From the IMG/VR virus record IMGVR_UViG_3300045993_000417, positions 20,800 to 84,799 of that record: 64,000 nt of DNA, one strand, 5' to 3'. Shown piece after piece: positions 33,876 through 44,044 of this stretch. The stretch comes from a virus. The notes under the pieces were generated by a model that saw only the letters and a program-made list of their open reading frames with translations, was not told the origin of the DNA and did no database searches. Each line of letters begins with the position of its first letter. Position 1 is the stretch's first letter. The position numbers and the translations under genes are program-made.

Positions 33876-36800
33876 ATGTTCGGAAACGATGATATTTATA
33901 GAAGTCAAGCTGACATGGGTGCTAACTCATTCACTGGACCACAAAACAGTAATATTGGTGGACAAGGCTGGGGAGTCGATTCCAGTCTTCTAACACCGAG
34001 TTACGCAGCCCCCTATCGCCCTCAATGGTCCGGTCAGGGTAGTCAGAACGACTACACTAAGCGTGGATTCTTTAGCTCAGCCAATCAGCTGATGCCTTGG
34101 CAGACTTACGGCCATACCGCCCCTCAAGACAATTGGCACTCTAACATTAACTCAATGGTGGAATCACCGTTTGACGTAGCGGCATTCGCAGTACAAAGAA
34201 TAGCAGCACCGATTGTAGCTTTTAAAGTAGCCAACAGCCTACTGGGGCCTAAATCCTTCACGGGGGCCTTCCGTGGAGAAGGTGCCGGAGCAGCCTTTGG
34301 TAAAAGCATTGCCTCTTCCACAGCTAGAGGCTTCATGGGTGGGGTAGGCGCAGGCGCAGCCACTACTGCCAGAGTGGCGGGATTTGTAGGTGGAGCAGGA
34401 AGCGCCATAGGTGCAGTAGCATTACCCTATGCAGCTGCTATGACAGCGCTGGCCGGGGCTGAGAGAGCTATATTCAACCCCTATATCAATAACATGAAGC
34501 AGGCTGAGTCTATATACCAGAACTTCCAAGGGGTATCCTTCACCGACGCCAAGGGTAGTGCATCGACAGGTAGAGGCATAGGGTATAAAGACTCTATGAG
34601 AATGTCTCAGGATATTACCAAGATGGGCATCAAAGATATGATGTTCTCTACCGGTGAGTTCAGAGAGCTATCCGATATGGGTATGCGCTCAGGTATGATG
34701 GACAACGCTAAATCTGGTGATATAGTAAGAAGAGTGAAGGAGATGTCTGACCAGATAAAATTGGTCATGGCTGTCTCTAAGGATCCAAATGTTCAGAGTG
34801 CCATAGAGAGCTTGGCAAAGTTACAGATGGGCGGGGCTTCTGGTGCTAAGGCTACTAGGGCTTACTCTCAAATAGGCATGGCCGCATCAGTGGCTGGGGC
34901 TAGTGTACAAAGAGTTATGGATACGGTGGGTGCCCAGGGGGGTTACCTATACGCTCAGAATGGTATGACACCATACTTAGGCCAGGTGGCTGCCGCTAAC
35001 ACTATGTCATCATTCGCTGCAGCAAATAGGATGGGTCTTATTAGCCCAGAGCAGTTATCCAGAATGGGTGGAGTAGAAGGTGCTACTCAGTCTTCCTTAA
35101 CTGCCCAGATCAATGCCTCTCAGTCTACCCTGGGTAAGATGATGGCGTATAACCACTATCTGGGTGGAGGGGCCGGAGGCAGTACGGTAGGATCGGTGGC
35201 TAACTTCGGTAGAAGTATGTCTCAAGACCCAATTAAAACTATGGGTGCTATGTTGTTAAATGGCAATCAGGCTTCAGCCAAGATGATGAGCGAAAGAGGC
35301 TCAATGTCTACTGAAGATCAGATAATGATGATTGCCAGGGATATGCCTGGACAGGTTAACTCTGAGGGTAAAATATCAGCAGAGACTGCAGCCTGGATTA
35401 TGTCTACAAAGATGGGCATTGGCCAGTCTGAGATAATAGCCTTCCTAGAAAATAGAAAAGCTGAAACTAGTCCTGAAACATTAGAGGCCTCTCAAAAAGC
35501 AAGGACCGCCTTCGTCAGGGACCAAGCCCGCTCTATTGTAGAGCAGGACAACGTATACGACACAGTAATAGGTAGAGCTTACAACAAGATAAGCAAGTGG
35601 GGTAGGGATGTAACAGCAGACTTTGCCGAGAGCAGTGTAGACCCAGTTAACACACTAATAGCGAATATTAAGGAATCCGGACAGGAGATATTAGATACCA
35701 ATGGGTGGTTCGGAAGCTCCTTAGGTGGTAAAGAGGTATCCCTTGATTCTAACGAGGGTGACTTTGCCATAGACGGAGATATAAGTAAGGTACCTAAATC
35801 ATCATACAGGATGAAAGTAGCTAACGGAATTTCCCTTAGGGAAGATTACCGCGCAATTACAGGTACAACGACTAAAACCGGTACTAGGACCCAGAGACAG
35901 CTGATGAAGGCTATAAACGCCGCCGCAGATAATAGGGACATGGAAGCTGGAGCTGCTCTAGAGGCGATGGCAACTGCAACGGACCCTGATTCTAAGGTAA
36001 AAGCCAAGGATATGATGACAAAGGTGGCACGTAAGATAGCCTTGAAATCAGGAATGAAGAGTGACTTCATGAGAGACGAGGATATAGAGGGTGTTGTTGA
36101 TCTTGCGGCTGATTCTGAGTATAAAGAAAACAAGGTAGATCAATCAGAGTTTAAAACTCTTGATTATATGTTGTCTGAGGCTATGGGTGATAAGAACCGC
36201 ACAGGTCATGATAATGCAGCATTACTAGGTAGTGCTGTATCCCTTGTAGGCAGGGGACTATCAGCAACAGATAGAAGAGACTTATTAGAAACTAAACAGG
36301 CATCGGACATATCAAAAGCCTTTGGTATAGACTCTAGCACTGAAGATGGAAAGAAGATTCTACTTAAGAAGATACAAGACTTAACTAAGACTGCTGAGCT
36401 ATCCGGTGTCAATGTACCTTTATTGTTAGAGTCAGCCGATCAAGGTACGTTAGATGACATAATGAAAGACGGAGGGGCTAGGATTAAGGGTAAAGACGCT
36501 CAGTCTAAAATCAAGGCCATACTAGCAGATAAAAGTAAAACGGTTGAAGAACAGCGTGCCGCTGTAAATAAAGTAGTAGAGAGAGCAGCAGCTGTAGAAG
36601 GTGTAGTGAAATCAGAGAAGACTACTACTAGTCTACAGGATGATGCCGGTATACAAAAAGCTGCCACCGCATCTGTTCTTCAGCATGAGAGTGCAGTAAA
36701 AGCTTTATTGCTTAACAAATCAGACATTGACTCTACTAACTTCAGTGCAGCTACTACTAAACTAGACAGTGCCGCTACTACTTTTGAAAGAGCCGTAAGA

Positions 36801-36968
36801 GTGTTTGCTGCGTCTCAAGGAATAGATATACCGGCAGAAACTAAGACACCTGCTGCTGAGAATAAACAGAATGTAGATAATAAAACGGATGTACCAGCAG
36901 CAGATATCAGAGATACTATATCTAATTCTTACTTAGGGAAAAAGCTGGGATTTAGAAGGACCTTATAA
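33876..36968 (+). CDS. Tape measure protein
   Basis: 1030 aa, Ala/Gly/Met-rich helical with hydrophobic stretches; follows the frameshifted chaperone. Confidence 0.75.
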   Translation: MFGNDDIYRSQADMGANSFTGPQNSNIGGQGWGVDSSLLTPSYAAPYRPQWSGQGSQNDYTKRGFFSSANQLMPWQTYGHTAPQDNWHSNINSMVESPFDVAAFAVQRIAAPIVAFKVANSLLGPKSFTGAFRGEGAGAAFGKSIASSTARGFMGGVGAGAATTARVAGFVGGAGSAIGAVALPYAAAMTALAGAERAIFNPYINNMKQAESIYQNFQGVSFTDAKGSASTGRGIGYKDSMRMSQDITKMGIKDMMFSTGEFRELSDMGMRSGMMDNAKSGDIVRRVKEMSDQIKLVMAVSKDPNVQSAIESLAKLQMGGASGAKATRAYSQIGMAASVAGASVQRVMDTVGAQGGYLYAQNGMTPYLGQVAAANTMSSFAAANRMGLISPEQLSRMGGVEGATQSSLTAQINASQSTLGKMMAYNHYLGGGAGGSTVGSVANFGRSMSQDPIKTMGAMLLNGNQASAKMMSERGSMSTEDQIMMIARDMPGQVNSEGKISAETAAWIMSTKMGIGQSEIIAFLENRKAETSPETLEASQKARTAFVRDQARSIVEQDNVYDTVIGRAYNKISKWGRDVTADFAESSVDPVNTLIANIKESGQEILDTNGWFGSSLGGKEVSLDSNEGDFAIDGDISKVPKSSYRMKVANGISLREDYRAITGTTTKTGTRTQRQLMKAINAAADNRDMEAGAALEAMATATDPDSKVKAKDMMTKVARKIALKSGMKSDFMRDEDIEGVVDLAADSEYKENKVDQSEFKTLDYMLSEAMGDKNRTGHDNAALLGSAVSLVGRGLSATDRRDLLETKQASDISKAFGIDSSTEDGKKILLKKIQDLTKTAELSGVNVPLLLESADQGTLDDIMKDGGARIKGKDAQSKIKAILADKSKTVEEQRAAVNKVVERAAAVEGVVKSEKTTTSLQDDAGIQKAATASVLQHESAVKALLLNKSDIDSTNFSAATTKLDSAATTFERAVRVFAASQGIDIPAETKTPAAENKQNVDNKTDVPAADIRDTISNSYLGKKLGFRRTL

Positions 36969-37186
36969 TGACCATACAAAATAAATCAAGCACTATAATC
37001 CCATCAGTACACGCTATAACTCCGGTTAAACTGTACTTAGATCAGGTGAAGAATATAATGGATGGTGTACGAGCTGCGTCTAACGGCCAGTCTTTCATAC
37101 CCAATCAATACGGTGGACTATTCGGTCAAAGAGAAGTCTATCGTGAAAAGGTAGTGCTTCAAACAGTTGATTTTAATATGGGTTAA
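36968..37186 (+). CDS. Hypothetical protein
   Basis: 72 aa, TAATG coupling. Confidence 0.55.
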   Translation: MTIQNKSSTIIPSVHAITPVKLYLDQVKNIMDGVRAASNGQSFIPNQYGGLFGQREVYREKVVLQTVDFNMG

Positions 37187-37190
37187 TCAT

Positions 37191-38762
37191 ATGGCTATCG
37201 GTACCTTCAGCGCAGAACAGACTATGCAAGAACAGATGGCGGACCTTACCCGTAGGCCTATGGAGTCAGCTGCGTCAGTTGCTACAGTTAAATCTACAGC
37301 TACCTCTACAATAGCAGATACTAAAACAGATATACTTAGTAAGATTAATTGGAGTGCTCCACTCCCTCAGAACGAGCGTCTATATGTTTCTAGACCTAGA
37401 AGTGTATCTAACGACCCAACTAAAAACATAAAGGGTGATGGTGGGGATAGGGGAACTCGTGCGTACATAAGATTACTTACTGAGAATCAACCGGGTGTAG
37501 ACTCAAGGTTAAAAGACTCTGACCTTACTTATACTAGGGATGCAGCTTTTCTTACATCAGATGGGAAGTACGGCGGGTACGCTGATTTCTTATTAACAGG
37601 AGTCTCCTGTAATTTAGAGGAGAAGCTTCAGGTAGTACAAACCTTCGGAGATGCAGAGGTTACTTATTACTTCGGGCGTCGTCCTATGATATTTAGCTTC
37701 TCAGGTTTACTAATAGATTCTGTAGATAATAATTGGTTTATACACTGGTTAAAACTATACAACGATGTAATGCGTGGTAGTGCCTTAGCTAAAAACTATG
37801 AGCTGCTGAAAATAGTTTTGCCAAATATGACGCTTACTGGGACTATCAATAACTTCTCATGGCAACAAGAGTCATCTAATGATATATCAATACCCTTCTC
37901 TTTTAACTTTTTAGCTAAGAGAATAGACCCAACTACTGCTGATCTACCAACGGGTGCGTTCTCCCCACAGGGTATAAGCTCTTTGAGAATGAACTCAACG
38001 GCGTTACCTACATTAAACCAATCCCAGATTGAGGAGATTAAACGTAGGGCGGCTGAACTAGATAAAGCTATACAAGATCCTAATATAATAAGTAGGGATT
38101 TGGCGTTGATGACCTCCCATCACTCGACCGGTATAGCTACTATAGGTATTGATGGAGTACCGACCTTATTTTCCAAAGGTAACCTCGGAGTAGTAGACCA
38201 GACCACATTTAATGGATGGTCTAGCACTTTCTCTGGAGTTAGAACCCAGTTGTTCTCTCCTACGTTCGGTGTACTCTCTGGATTAACAAAACTAATCAGA
38301 ATAGCTACTGGTAATGTAAGCGGTATTGTTAATGTATTTAGTGGAGGTGTCAACGGCGTCCTAAGGGATATTAATAGTATATCGTATGGTGCCACTAACT
38401 TAATAAACATGGTTAACTCCACTGTTAAAGGGGCGGCATCTCAGGTAGCTAATGTAAGAACTAACTACGCTAACACTTTGGCTACATTAAAGAAAACTAA
38501 GGGGGTTATAGTTAATGCCCCCAATACTATACATGATTCACTAGTAGGAATGGTGTCTACTGGTAAGGCTAAATCTACATCACCCCTTCTATCCGGTTCA
38601 ATAGGTCATGCATCTTCTGGTGCTCTTTTACAGTCTATAACTAAGGCTAGAACTCTATCTGGAATAAAATTACCCTTGTCAGGAGGAGGACGTATGAGTA
38701 TAATGATGGCACTTAGTTCTGGTACGCCACGCACTAGACAGCGTGGACCGACTTTAAAATAA
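37191..38762 (+). CDS. Baseplate/tube-initiator-like protein
   Basis: Tube-like core EKLQVVQTFGD..YYFGRRPMIFSFSGLL; follows tape measure. ATG 37191 preferred over TTG 37167. Confidence 0.5.
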   Translation: MAIGTFSAEQTMQEQMADLTRRPMESAASVATVKSTATSTIADTKTDILSKINWSAPLPQNERLYVSRPRSVSNDPTKNIKGDGGDRGTRAYIRLLTENQPGVDSRLKDSDLTYTRDAAFLTSDGKYGGYADFLLTGVSCNLEEKLQVVQTFGDAEVTYYFGRRPMIFSFSGLLIDSVDNNWFIHWLKLYNDVMRGSALAKNYELLKIVLPNMTLTGTINNFSWQQESSNDISIPFSFNFLAKRIDPTTADLPTGAFSPQGISSLRMNSTALPTLNQSQIEEIKRRAAELDKAIQDPNIISRDLALMTSHHSTGIATIGIDGVPTLFSKGNLGVVDQTTFNGWSSTFSGVRTQLFSPTFGVLSGLTKLIRIATGNVSGIVNVFSGGVNGVLRDINSISYGATNLINMVNSTVKGAASQVANVRTNYANTLATLKKTKGVIVNAPNTIHDSLVGMVSTGKAKSTSPLLSGSIGHASSGALLQSITKARTLSGIKLPLSGGGRMSIMMALSSGTPRTRQRGPTLK

Positions 38763-38769
38763 AATAAAA

Positions 38770-39618
38770 ATGAGAAGCTACCTAACTTCACTTATATTCG
38801 AGAAGCTATTCGATAACGTCCCTGATAACGATAAGGACGTATATAATCTTGCTCAGATGGTAATATCACCACGTGTAAAAATAGTGGAGGAAAGCTGTGG
38901 AACTACTGTAGGTGAGATAGAGACAATAGGGTATCGTATGGAGGGTGAAATTGAACTATCCACTAACACCCCTCTATCTAAGACTAGAATTAACTATCTG
39001 TTATCACAAGGAATTTATGAGGTAGCTACAGTTCACGTACATAAGTGCACCTCTAAAGGAGGAGTATGTGCCAGGTGTTTCTCTTCTGAATTTCAAGAAC
39101 AGCCTGTACCAATTGTAGGAGATTACGTTGTTATTCCTTCAGAAAAAATAATACATATAGATGTGCTGGCCGGCTCGCTTGGTCAAAATAATTACCAATT
39201 AAGCATGGACGCGTCCCTGTTCAACAGAGTACGCTTGTACCATAACGGAATTCTAAAACCTACGTCGTCTTACTCTATATCAGGATATACACTAATTATA
39301 GACTTCAGCATAGCTGAAGAGGAACACCTGGTAATTAAGTATGTGGACGCCACCACTACCCCATTAATGGGATACTTGTCTGATACGTATTCCGGATCAT
39401 TACTGGGGTTAGAGGCGCTGCCTACTCTATCTACTAGTATTAAGTCAGGATTACTTAAAGAGATAATACCTGAGGGGCGACTGGAACTTATAGCTAACAG
39501 AATAAAATCCTTAGACATTCCAGTAGATCAATCTGAGTACATAGATAAAATAATTGATCCATTGGAAAAACTTTTATATGTAGTAGCACTTTACACGATA
39601 TACACAAATGTCCTCTAA
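38770..39618 (+). CDS. Protein with an RNAP beta-prime Zn-site-like module plus a beta-rich domain
   Basis: IVEESCGT..GIYEVATVHVHKCTSKGGVCARCF (C43, C93, C100, C103). Confidence 0.5.
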   Translation: MRSYLTSLIFEKLFDNVPDNDKDVYNLAQMVISPRVKIVEESCGTTVGEIETIGYRMEGEIELSTNTPLSKTRINYLLSQGIYEVATVHVHKCTSKGGVCARCFSSEFQEQPVPIVGDYVVIPSEKIIHIDVLAGSLGQNNYQLSMDASLFNRVRLYHNGILKPTSSYSISGYTLIIDFSIAEEEHLVIKYVDATTTPLMGYLSDTYSGSLLGLEALPTLSTSIKSGLLKEIIPEGRLELIANRIKSLDIPVDQSEYIDKIIDPLEKLLYVVALYTIYTNVL

Positions 39619-42082
39619 TACAGACGTCCTATACCAGAAGGTAACTTTATTTATAGAGGGCGTAGAAGTACCATATTCTTCAATATCTATCTCTCAAGCC
39701 ATAGGTAATATACCTTCTGCGTCTTTAGAGCTACCTCCAAGCCCTGGGTTAATGGATATCATTAGGTACTACCAACCCAAAGTACATATATTCTATGAAG
39801 ATCCTGTGCTTGGTAAGGATCGCCTACTGTTTTGGGGTTATATAACCTCCAATAGCTATAGCGCCTCCGTTCAATCGGCAAGTATAAACTTTCAATGTAT
39901 TCATAAGAACCATGTTATTAACCACTTAACACTAGACTTCTCAGGGTATCCTGCTGGGGCTTACGCCAACTTCAGCCCTGGAGAAAATATGTTTATGCCA
40001 AGCAGCTTCGGGTCAACACACTCTCTAGTATTAGCTTTAAGAGGTATAGACAGAGTTCGTCTAGCTACCGAGACCTCAGATGAAATATCCGTTAGTAATC
40101 CTAATGTTATAAATGCTAGCCAATCCTTACTAGACCCTAAGTTTGCTGATGTCAAGGATAGGTGGGTAGGTATGCCTTCGGCTATGATGAATATGTGGAA
40201 CCAGCTTAAAGCTTCTGCGTATTATCTAAGTCAGTACAACTCTATACTAGTCGCCATGTACATACCTTTAATAGAGGATGGACTAAAACTGTTCAGTAGA
40301 GTTTCAGGTCATAACACAATAGAGGATGCTGTAAACGCATCCAAACAAGACATCTGCGATGATACAGGTAATAAGACAGATTCATCCAAGCCTATAATGG
40401 TTCCACCAGCATTCAGGCTACATTCTATGTCAGCTATACAAACCTCACTGTCTGTAGAGGCTATAGGTAACATGTTGGGATTTATGGGGGAGAAGACTGG
40501 ATTCTTCAGGCTATTCAGTGAGTTCTATTTGGCCTCCGAATATGAGGTAATAACGTTAGCCAGTCCTGCGTTAGTACCAAAAGATCCTAAAAAAACTTCT
40601 GTACATAATTCTGATGATTTAATGGCTATAGATGTAGTTATTAAACCTCAATTACCCTTCTACTATAGTCCCTTATGTAATGTTATTCTACCAAACATGT
40701 ACTCAAGCATACAGGTAGAACAAAATGAAAGTGTAGTCCCATCTAGGGTATCTATGATTCATAGTGCCATGCCTGGTGATGAACAAAAGGTAGGCCTATA
40801 CTATAGGGGGCCACACTCTATAAGAGAGTCAATAGTAACTGGATTATCTATAAGAGGGATAACTAGGTCTAACGAGACTCCTAAGCCCGACTCTACTAGT
40901 CTACCTAGTGTATTTGATACACCAACCTCTACTAATGCTAAAGTTATAGCTAAGAACAAAGTTGAGGTTATACCATCCCTCCATGAGTCCACCGGAGCCT
41001 CTTATAATGTTCCAGGTAAGTATGAGTTAGGAAGTGGATATAGACCTAAGCAGGTCATAGCTCCATCCTGGTTAGCGTACTTAGTCAAGCGTTGTAACGA
41101 GTCAGTAGCGTCTGGTACGGTTCTAACTGAGGAACACCCGGCTGATGATAGTGATATAGGTAAGATAACTAAAGATCTCCATGATGGGTGGGTGTTTACT
41201 CATGCACGTAAGAATGGGAATGCAGATGCGTCTAAAGAACTCCTAGACCCTAACTTTAAAGGATCTGGAGTAGCTGCGTTCCAGAGAATACTGTTTGCTG
41301 CTGCAGACTACGACTACACTAAGGAGGTATTATCCTCAAAGACTGGATCTATCTCCTGTATTTTTAATCCTTACATAATACCAGGATATCCTATGGATAT
41401 AGTAGCTAAGTCACCTAACTTACCTAGCTTCCATGCATTATGTGCGGCGGTAACTCATACTTTCACAGCAGACTCTATAAGTACCTCAGTGTCCTTTGTA
41501 AGTGCAGCTACGTACTCAGAACTATCTAACTATGATTTAATGCCATCTCACCCTTGGTTACAAACCTCCTTACAGCTATACAACGTTGATAGAGATGCTA
41601 CTAGCGGTGCAGTTACCAGCGTCATGTCTACTATAATAAACAACCCTAAGGCTAAGCTTAAGGCTGATAGTTTCTATATGTCAGTTCTCGGGGTAGGAGC
41701 TGCTGCTCCCTCTGATTTGGTTAACTTTAAAAACATGGAAATATACTCAAATAAAAGGGAGGGTGGTGTACTTAATCCTGGAACTGGTGGAGTTACGTAT
41801 GGTGATAACGGAGGTCATCAGGGGGATGACACTACTGGTATAGGTAACCTGAAGTTGGTACACAGACCAATAGAAACAAGAGAATCTATAGAAAAAAACT
41901 TTAACTATTCCTTCATTGACTTAACTAAAGAAAACTATACTATTGATTCCCTAACGTACGGTGACCCTAAGCTTAATCCTATTAAGGATGATGGTATTCC
42001 ATTAGAGCCTGGAGCTAGCCTATTCTTAGACTATCCAGAGACCGTAGACTTTCTAAAAGCTAATAACATACAGGTCGTTTAG
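39608..42082 (+). CDS. Baseplate hub-like protein
   Basis: LFIEGVEVP..SISIS N-terminus; GSISCIFNPYIIPGYP..VTHTF; synteny. Confidence 0.55.
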   Translation: MSSNTDVLYQKVTLFIEGVEVPYSSISISQAIGNIPSASLELPPSPGLMDIIRYYQPKVHIFYEDPVLGKDRLLFWGYITSNSYSASVQSASINFQCIHKNHVINHLTLDFSGYPAGAYANFSPGENMFMPSSFGSTHSLVLALRGIDRVRLATETSDEISVSNPNVINASQSLLDPKFADVKDRWVGMPSAMMNMWNQLKASAYYLSQYNSILVAMYIPLIEDGLKLFSRVSGHNTIEDAVNASKQDICDDTGNKTDSSKPIMVPPAFRLHSMSAIQTSLSVEAIGNMLGFMGEKTGFFRLFSEFYLASEYEVITLASPALVPKDPKKTSVHNSDDLMAIDVVIKPQLPFYYSPLCNVILPNMYSSIQVEQNESVVPSRVSMIHSAMPGDEQKVGLYYRGPHSIRESIVTGLSIRGITRSNETPKPDSTSLPSVFDTPTSTNAKVIAKNKVEVIPSLHESTGASYNVPGKYELGSGYRPKQVIAPSWLAYLVKRCNESVASGTVLTEEHPADDSDIGKITKDLHDGWVFTHARKNGNADASKELLDPNFKGSGVAAFQRILFAAADYDYTKEVLSSKTGSISCIFNPYIIPGYPMDIVAKSPNLPSFHALCAAVTHTFTADSISTSVSFVSAATYSELSNYDLMPSHPWLQTSLQLYNVDRDATSGAVTSVMSTIINNPKAKLKADSFYMSVLGVGAAAPSDLVNFKNMEIYSNKREGGVLNPGTGGVTYGDNGGHQGDDTTGIGNLKLVHRPIETRESIEKNFNYSFIDLTKENYTIDSLTYGDPKLNPIKDDGIPLEPGASLFLDYPETVDFLKANNIQVV

Positions 42083-42098
42083 TCTAAGATATATAATT

Positions 42099-42314
42099 AT
42101 GGCCGACTCTACTTTAAATAATAATCTAGGATATCCCAGGGCTGGTGAGACTGGTGTAAGAACATCTCTCATACCCACTGGCCTGGCTAAAAAAATGTCT
42201 ACTACGTCATTGGCTAATGAGTGTTTTGTCAACCAGAGGTTTAGCGGAAAACTACAGGCGTTCCTTATAGGATATAATAATAGCATTTACTCGGAACACA
42301 GTGTCTATCTATGA
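42099..42314 (+). CDS. Hypothetical protein
   Basis: 71 aa, ATGA overlap with the sigma gene. Confidence 0.5.
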   Translation: MADSTLNNNLGYPRAGETGVRTSLIPTGLAKKMSTTSLANECFVNQRFSGKLQAFLIGYNNSIYSEHSVYL

Positions 42315-43081
42315 TCAAAGTGTCTTTTGCCCCACTACCACTTAACCCAGCTACTGAGGCACTCATTCCTGAAAGAGTCCCATTTAACTATTCTGAAGCA
42401 CGTAAGCGTGACCAGGATATGTTTGAGTCTTGGAAGAAGACGGGTAGTAAACGTGACCTAGGTAATTTGGTAGAGAGCCTAAGCCCCGTTATCAAGTCCG
42501 AAGTGAACAGACTTTCCGGTAGTCTACCTCCTGCAGCCCTATCTGCTGAGGCTAAGAAGTGGACGATTAAAGCTATACAAACATACGACCCTGCTCGTGG
42601 CACTACCATCTCCACCCACGTCATGAACTACCTACCTAAGGTGAGGCGTATGAACTACAAGTTCCAGAACGCCGTAAGGCTTCCTGAGAACATGCAGCTG
42701 AAGTTTCATGAGTATAATCATGGACTTGCACAGCTCACCGAACAGCTTAATCGTGAGCCGTCTGACGATGAGTTGGCTAAGCATTTAGGTTGGAGTAAAG
42801 GCCACACAATCAAATTTAAGAACTCATTGTACTCCGACCTTATTGAGTCTAACACTGAGCGCCCTAATGAGTTTACCTCGTTTAACGAGAACGCTATTCT
42901 CATGGCCCACTTGATGGATCAACTCTCTAGCGAGGAAAAATATATCTTGAACCATGCTAAAGGCATGACCGCTACTCAGTTGGCTGACAAACTGGGGGTT
43001 AACATTAACAGATTAAACTACCTTAAATCTAAACTTGTAGAGAAAATTAAAGGTATTAAAACTGACATTAAGATGTACTAA
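42311..43081 (+). CDS. Phage sigma70-family factor (FliA/SigB-like architecture)
   Basis: Region 2 AIQTYDPARGTTISTHVMNYL, VRLPE; region 3 LNREPSDDELAKHLGWS; region 4 HTH TATQLADKLGVN. Confidence 0.85.
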   Translation: MIKVSFAPLPLNPATEALIPERVPFNYSEARKRDQDMFESWKKTGSKRDLGNLVESLSPVIKSEVNRLSGSLPPAALSAEAKKWTIKAIQTYDPARGTTISTHVMNYLPKVRRMNYKFQNAVRLPENMQLKFHEYNHGLAQLTEQLNREPSDDELAKHLGWSKGHTIKFKNSLYSDLIESNTERPNEFTSFNENAILMAHLMDQLSSEEKYILNHAKGMTATQLADKLGVNINRLNYLKSKLVEKIKGIKTDIKMY

Positions 43082-43083
43082 AC

Positions 43084-43449
43084 ATGGCCTCATATAAAGA
43101 ACAAGCAGCTTCCATATACTTAAACCTATCTAATTTTTTTAGGTCGGAAGCCTTAGCGTCTAATGATGCTACAGGTAGTGTACTACCTACAGAATTCAGG
43201 GATTATCTAGGTGGGCTAGACTACTCAGAGCTATTAAGAGTATGCACATTATACAAGGGGGATTCTCCCAGTTATGGTAATGGAAGGATTATAGAGACCG
43301 TCAGTCACTCAGTAGCAGTTATAAGGGAACACGCAATGTGCTCTAAGACTAAATCTGATTACATGACGTTACGTACTTCAATGGCCGATAGGGAAGCTAG
43401 GTTCTACACCGATGAAGGTGCGTTAACTGATTCTAGGATGAGCGGATAA
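43084..43449 (+). CDS. Hypothetical protein
   Basis: 121 aa, tightly packed. Confidence 0.6.
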   Translation: MASYKEQAASIYLNLSNFFRSEALASNDATGSVLPTEFRDYLGGLDYSELLRVCTLYKGDSPSYGNGRIIETVSHSVAVIREHAMCSKTKSDYMTLRTSMADREARFYTDEGALTDSRMSG

Positions 43450-43450
43450 T

Positions 43451-43966
43451 ATGGAAATAGTAGGCTTAAATAATAGACTAGGTACAAACGAGAATCTACC
43501 TCTGGGGGCTACCTATGATCTATTGATGATAAAGTTCCCAGATGGATTTCCTGAGGGACAGCTTACGTTTAACATAGACTACACTCCTAGGAGTATCACC
43601 GGTATACAGAAGGTCGCCCAGTATTTTCTTAAAACTCTACTAACAACACGTGGTAGTGATGTTATTCGTCCAAACTATGGGACTACTTTTACTAATCTAG
43701 TAATGCAGTCGAACGTAGATACTACTGACCGCCTTTTAGTTTCTGATTTAAGAGACCAAGTAAGGTCGGCAGAATCCCAAACAAAGGCGGCCCTATACAA
43801 TGATGAGGACCCTAGTTCTAGGCTTAAAGAAATACTGATACTAGGTATGGACACTAGTAAGGAATCAGCCACCATGTACCTTAAGATGGCTACTGTGTCT
43901 GGTGAGACTGCTCAGGTAGCCCTTCCATTTCCTACCACCAATATTAAAACTACTCCCTCAGTCTAA
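43451..43966 (+). CDS. Baseplate wedge protein (gp25/GPW-like)
   Basis: GIQKVAQYFLKTLLTTRGSDVIRPNYGT. Confidence 0.7.
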   Translation: MEIVGLNNRLGTNENLPLGATYDLLMIKFPDGFPEGQLTFNIDYTPRSITGIQKVAQYFLKTLLTTRGSDVIRPNYGTTFTNLVMQSNVDTTDRLLVSDLRDQVRSAESQTKAALYNDEDPSSRLKEILILGMDTSKESATMYLKMATVSGETAQVALPFPTTNIKTTPSV

Positions 43967-44044
43967 ATTAAAACTGATATTACCGTATAGACCTCGGTGA
44001 TTTAAAATGTTAAACTAAACGTAACCAAGGACATTGTTTAACAA

